This document shows, piece after piece, positions 17,015-22,202 of a stretch of DNA of 22,202 bases (position 1 is its first letter; every line of letters begins with the position of its first letter). Below the pieces are notes generated by a model. It was not told the origin of the DNA, searched no databases, and saw only the letters and a program-made list of their open reading frames with translations. The position numbers and the translations under genes were made by a program. This stretch comes from Candidatus Thalassarchaeaceae archaeon (GTDB lineage: Archaea > Thermoplasmatota > Poseidoniia > Poseidoniales > Thalassarchaeaceae): assembly GCA_030747675.1 (NCBI GenBank), contig JASLKH010000097.1, forward strand, positions 1 through 22,202. Reading direction: 5' to 3'.

Positions 17015-17032
17015 GTCAAGTCGGTATTCAGT

Positions 17033-17830
17033 TCATTCATATTCCAATAAACGCCAAGCAGTGCGCAGATCATTGATGTTGACCATGCCGCGCTGGAAAA
17101 GTGAATAATCTCGTTCTAACGTTGTATAAACTAGTGATTGGTTTAACAATGGAGCGTGCAAACGAGTCCAATCTCCTCCTTGTCCAACTCCCATCAAAGC
17201 AATTGATACTTCGGATTCAGAAAGGGCGTGTGCTGCTTCAAAAACGTGCAAACTGGTAGAATGGTCAACATTTCTATAGCAGCACTTCACAAGTGTACCT
17301 GAATCACTATTTGAATTCACGAAATCTACAACCTCATCCATTGAAGACGGTGCTGGATCGTGGCTAGATGCAATAATTTTGACGTCTTCTCCACAAGCCT
17401 TCACCAACTTCTTTCGGTGTTTAGAAGCCATATTTATTTCCAAATCCACCCACGAAACAGCGCTATCAATTGCTGATTCAAGGACTGTGATGCGCTGCGC
17501 TTCACTACCATGGAAAAAACCACCCTGGTCCTTGGCCCTACAAGTGAAAATTACAGGTATCTGAATCCCATCTTTCAATGCATCAATAGCAGAATTAGTA
17601 TCAATATCTTCAATTGGTCTGTTTTCTATAATTGGTGGCTGCTTTTCGACCTTTTCTTCACCTTTTTCGTCAGTAGAAATTATTGGTTCCACTTCAATGC
17701 GATTCACATATAAATTGTCAAAGCGCACTTCAACTAAATCTGCTCCCGCAGCAGTAGCCCTACTAGCATCACGAACCATGTCCGCAACCGTGTGCCCACG
17801 CAGGGTGACGCAGATTTGAGTATCAGTCAT
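17033..17830 (-). CDS. aroD: Type I 3-dehydroquinate dehydratase-like protein (divergent)
   Basis: ICVTL, GADLVEVRFD, PVIFTCR, WVDLE, IIASSHD (His), LVK (Schiff-base Lys), LMG and TRL motifs. ATG 17830 is preferred because a TTAAAC box lies about 27 bp upstream. Confidence 0.8.
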   Translation of the reverse strand: MTDTQICVTLRGHTVADMVRDASRATAAGADLVEVRFDNLYVNRIEVEPIISTDEKGEEKVEKQPPIIENRPIEDIDTNSAIDALKDGIQIPVIFTCRAKDQGGFFHGSEAQRITVLESAIDSAVSWVDLEINMASKHRKKLVKACGEDVKIIASSHDPAPSSMDEVVDFVNSNSDSGTLVKCCYRNVDHSTSLHVFEAAHALSESEVSIALMGVGQGGDWTRLHAPLLNQSLVYTTLERDYSLFQRGMVNINDLRTAWRLLEYE

Positions 17831-17946
17831 CGAAGGCGCGACCCAGAACTCCTGTTTAATCATATTGTGAGCGCAAGAGGGCGATGTGATTTGACTAATG
17901 TATTACTATGACTTGTTTTTCAGTGATAAAAAAACAACAAATTTCC

Positions 17947-18030
17947 TTTGAATAAGAGGCCGTTTGGGGCTTCGGAAAACACTGGCTTTTCGGCACAATA
18001 AGGGGCTGCTAAAACGAATCATTCAATAAC
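17947..18030 (+). promoter_or_regulatory. Two tandem TATA-like boxes upstream of gyrBA (TTTGAATAAG 17947-17956; TTCAATAAC 18022-18030)
   Basis: Both match TT(G/C)AATAA and lie in the 274-bp aroD/gyrB divergent intergenic region. Confidence 0.35.
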
Positions 18031-18035
18031 CCTAA

Positions 18036-20094
<2,059 letters not shown>

Positions 20095-20096
<2 letters not shown>

Positions 20097-20101
20097 GGTG
20101 A
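20095..20101 (+). promoter_or_regulatory. Shine-Dalgarno GAGGTGA coupling gyrB to gyrA
   Basis: Overlaps the gyrB stop, 4 nt before the gyrA ATG; the same stop/RBS overlap occurs at 4284-4279 (-) and 16025-16029. Confidence 0.7.
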
Positions 20102-20105
20102 TTGA

Positions 20106-22202
20106 ATGAGTGATGAAGAAGTACAAGCAAATCCAACTGATAACCAAGTTAGGCATACCGTTGACGACGAGATGAGGACGTCCTACATCAATTATGCAAT
20201 GTCTGTCATTATTGGGCGAGCATTACCTGAAGTCCGAGATGGGTTAAAACCGGTACATCGCCGTGTTCTTTTTGGCATGCATGAAGCAGGACATACATCT
20301 GACCGCTCTTACTCGAAATCAGCTAGATCGGTTGGAGAAGTCATGGGTAAATATCACCCTCATGGTGACCAATCAATCTATGATACAATGGTTCGGATGG
20401 CACAATATTTCAGCCTCCGATACCCATTAGTCGACGGGCAGGGGAACTTTGGTAGCATCGACGGCGACCCTCCTGCTGCTATGCGATATACAGAAAGTCG
20501 GCTCGACAGGTTATCAAAACATATGCTTGAAGATATCAAAAAAGATACGGTCAATTTCCAACCGAATTTTGATGATTCAGAACAAGAACCCGAGGTATTG
20601 CCTGCAAGACTACCGAACCTTCTACTCAATGGGAGTGATGGGATTGCAGTGGGAATGGCGACAAAAATACCCCCACACAATCTGCCAGAAGTTGCTTCTG
20701 CAATACACCTACACGTATATCGAATTCTTGAAGATGGGAGTGAAAATGGTGACCCTGAAAATCCCCCTGCCATCGATATTGGAGAATATATGGAACACCT
20801 CAAGGGACCTGATTTTCCAACAGGGGCAACCATACATGGTGTCGACGGGATACGTGACATGTATGAAACTGGACATGGTCGATTCCATATCCGCGCGCAA
20901 TGTGAGGTCCATGATGATGGCAATGGAAAGCGTATTGTGGTCACTGAAATTCCCTATCAAGTCAAGAAGGCCGGAATGTTAGTAGGGATAGCCGAGCTTG
21001 TTAGTAAAGAAACTGTCAAAGGAATACGTGACATTAGAGATGAATCTAGCAAGGAAGGAATTCGAGTTGTTATCGAAGTTAAGCAAAATGCTGACCCACA
21101 TGCAGTTTTGAATCAGTTATACAAATCTAGTCGCTTGCAAGAATCATACTCAGCAAACATGATGGGTATTATGAATAGGGAACCAGTACAACTGACGCTT
21201 CCGGTGATTCTTCACGCATATGTTCGACACCGAGAGGATGTTATTCGACGAAGAACACAATTTGATCTTACGAAAGCTGAAGCCCGTGCGCATGTGTTAG
21301 AGGGGCTGGTCAAGGCTCAAACAAGAATTGACGATATTGTCACAGCAGGAAAGGGTGCAGAAAGTCGTGAACACTTTGAGAAAATACTGCGAGGTGAAGA
21401 TACATTTGAAAACATCACTGCATTTGATTTCACCGAACCTCAAGCTAAAGCCATTGCTGAAAGGAGACTTTACCAACTTTCTAAGATGGATACAAAGAAA
21501 GTTGATGATGAATTCACTGAACTCCAAATTTCCATCTCTGAGTACAATGCTATTCTCGGCAGTCGGAATCGACAATTGGAAATTCTCCTGAGTGAATTAG
21601 ATGAGATGGTTGAGAAACATGGCGATGAACGACGAACAAATATTGACCCTATGCCACTTTCAATGGACAGAGAAGATCTTGTCGAAGAACGAGCAATTGT
21701 CATATCGCTCTCTGAGGATAATTACATTCGCCACCTCCCGGTTGAAGCATTCCGTGTTCAGAATCGGGGCGGAAAGGGGTTGAAAGGTGTCACAACAAAA
21801 GATGAAGATTTCCCGAAATCAATTCTTACATGTTTTAGTAAAGACCGCTTGTTGATATTCACTGACCAAGGTCGCGTCTACGGGCTCAAAGCATGGGAAA
21901 CTCCACAAGGGAGTCGTCTAAGTCGTGGCAGTCATATCCGAAACTTAATTGAAAAGCTCAGGGAAGATGAAAAAGTAGTCACAATCCTCCCTATTTCGAA
22001 GGAAGTACAAGAAAATCCCGAAGGGCATTACCTTATTTTCGCAACACACGAAGGTATTGTAAAACGATCTAAACTTGGAGATTATACACGTATCAATCGA
22101 AATGGGAAATTCGCATTGAAATTCAAGACTGATAGCGACACACTTGTCGCTGTACGTGAAGCCACTGACGATGACCATGTTGTACTCGTCTCAAAGAATG
22201 GA
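20106..22202 (+). CDS. gyrA: DNA gyrase subunit A (partial; runs off the window end, absent from the ORF track)
   Basis: Hand-translated, open for 699 codons: [49 protein letters not shown] (catalytic Tyr 20487-20489), GPDFPTG and GyrA-box QNRGGKG (21759-21779). Confidence 0.98.
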   Translation, partial: MSDEEVQANPTDNQVRHTVDDEMRTSYINYAMSVIIGRALPEVRDGLKPVHRRVLFGMHEAGHTSDRSYSKSARSVGEVMGKYHPHGDQSIYDTMVRMAQYFSLRYPLVDGQGNFGSIDGDPPAAMRYTESRLDRLSKHMLEDIKKDTVNFQPNFDDSEQEPEVLPARLPNLLLNGSDGIAVGMATKIPPHNLPEVASAIHLHVYRILEDGSENGDPENPPAIDIGEYMEHLKGPDFPTGATIHGVDGIRDMYETGHGRFHIRAQCEVHDDGNGKRIVVTEIPYQVKKAGMLVGIAELVSKETVKGIRDIRDESSKEGIRVVIEVKQNADPHAVLNQLYKSSRLQESYSANMMGIMNREPVQLTLPVILHAYVRHREDVIRRRTQFDLTKAEARAHVLEGLVKAQTRIDDIVTAGKGAESREHFEKILRGEDTFENITAFDFTEPQAKAIAERRLYQLSKMDTKKVDDEFTELQISISEYNAILGSRNRQLEILLSELDEMVEKHGDERRTNIDPMPLSMDREDLVEERAIVISLSEDNYIRHLPVEAFRVQNRGGKGLKGVTTKDEDFPKSILTCFSKDRLLIFTDQGRVYGLKAWETPQGSRLSRGSHIRNLIEKLREDEKVVTILPISKEVQENPEGHYLIFATHEGIVKRSKLGDYTRINRNGKFALKFKTDSDTLVAVREATDDDHVVLVSKNG

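Noticed and set aside
17007-17019. TTGAC-TAA-GTCAA hairpin around a stop codon
   Set aside because: Only 5-bp arms, expected by chance.
20378-20982. 188-aa (-) and 177-aa (+) ORFs in the track
   Set aside because: They overlap the real gyrA frame starting at 20106, which the track missed because it has no stop in the window.

Overview
Gene-dense archaeal chromosomal region. The best fit is Marine Group II Euryarchaeota (Poseidoniales, Thermoplasmatota). This is inferred from Nob1, a SAMP-type Ubl, an archaeal tRNA-Glu with no encoded CCA, GGTGA ribosome-binding sites, a gyrase operon and large membrane-anchored PKD proteins. In order the window holds: (-) a very large MacB/FtsX-type ABC permease ending at an apparently premature in-frame TAA, and its LolD/MacB-type ATPase; (+) a MoaD/SAMP Ubl and tatA; (-) nob1; (+) a YqaA/VTT membrane protein and tRNA-Glu(TTC); (-) a 4-TM Smr-domain protein; (+) a DUF2085 protein; (-) a thymidylate kinase with a long C-terminal extension, a membrane protein with a carboxypeptidase-regulatory-like domain and a glutaminyl cyclase; (+) a 1388-aa HEXXH metallopeptidase with PKD repeats and a coupled surface protein; (-) a divergent type I dehydroquinase; (+) gyrB and gyrA. 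gyrA is open to the window end and is missing from the ORF track. I saw no mobile element, CRISPR array, intein or rRNA. The best leads are the membrane-anchored Smr nuclease, the interrupted giant permease with a propeller-like insert, the glutaminyl cyclase/peptidase surface cluster sharing one bidirectional TATA box, and the atypical Tmk fusion. All family calls come from motif recognition, not database searches.
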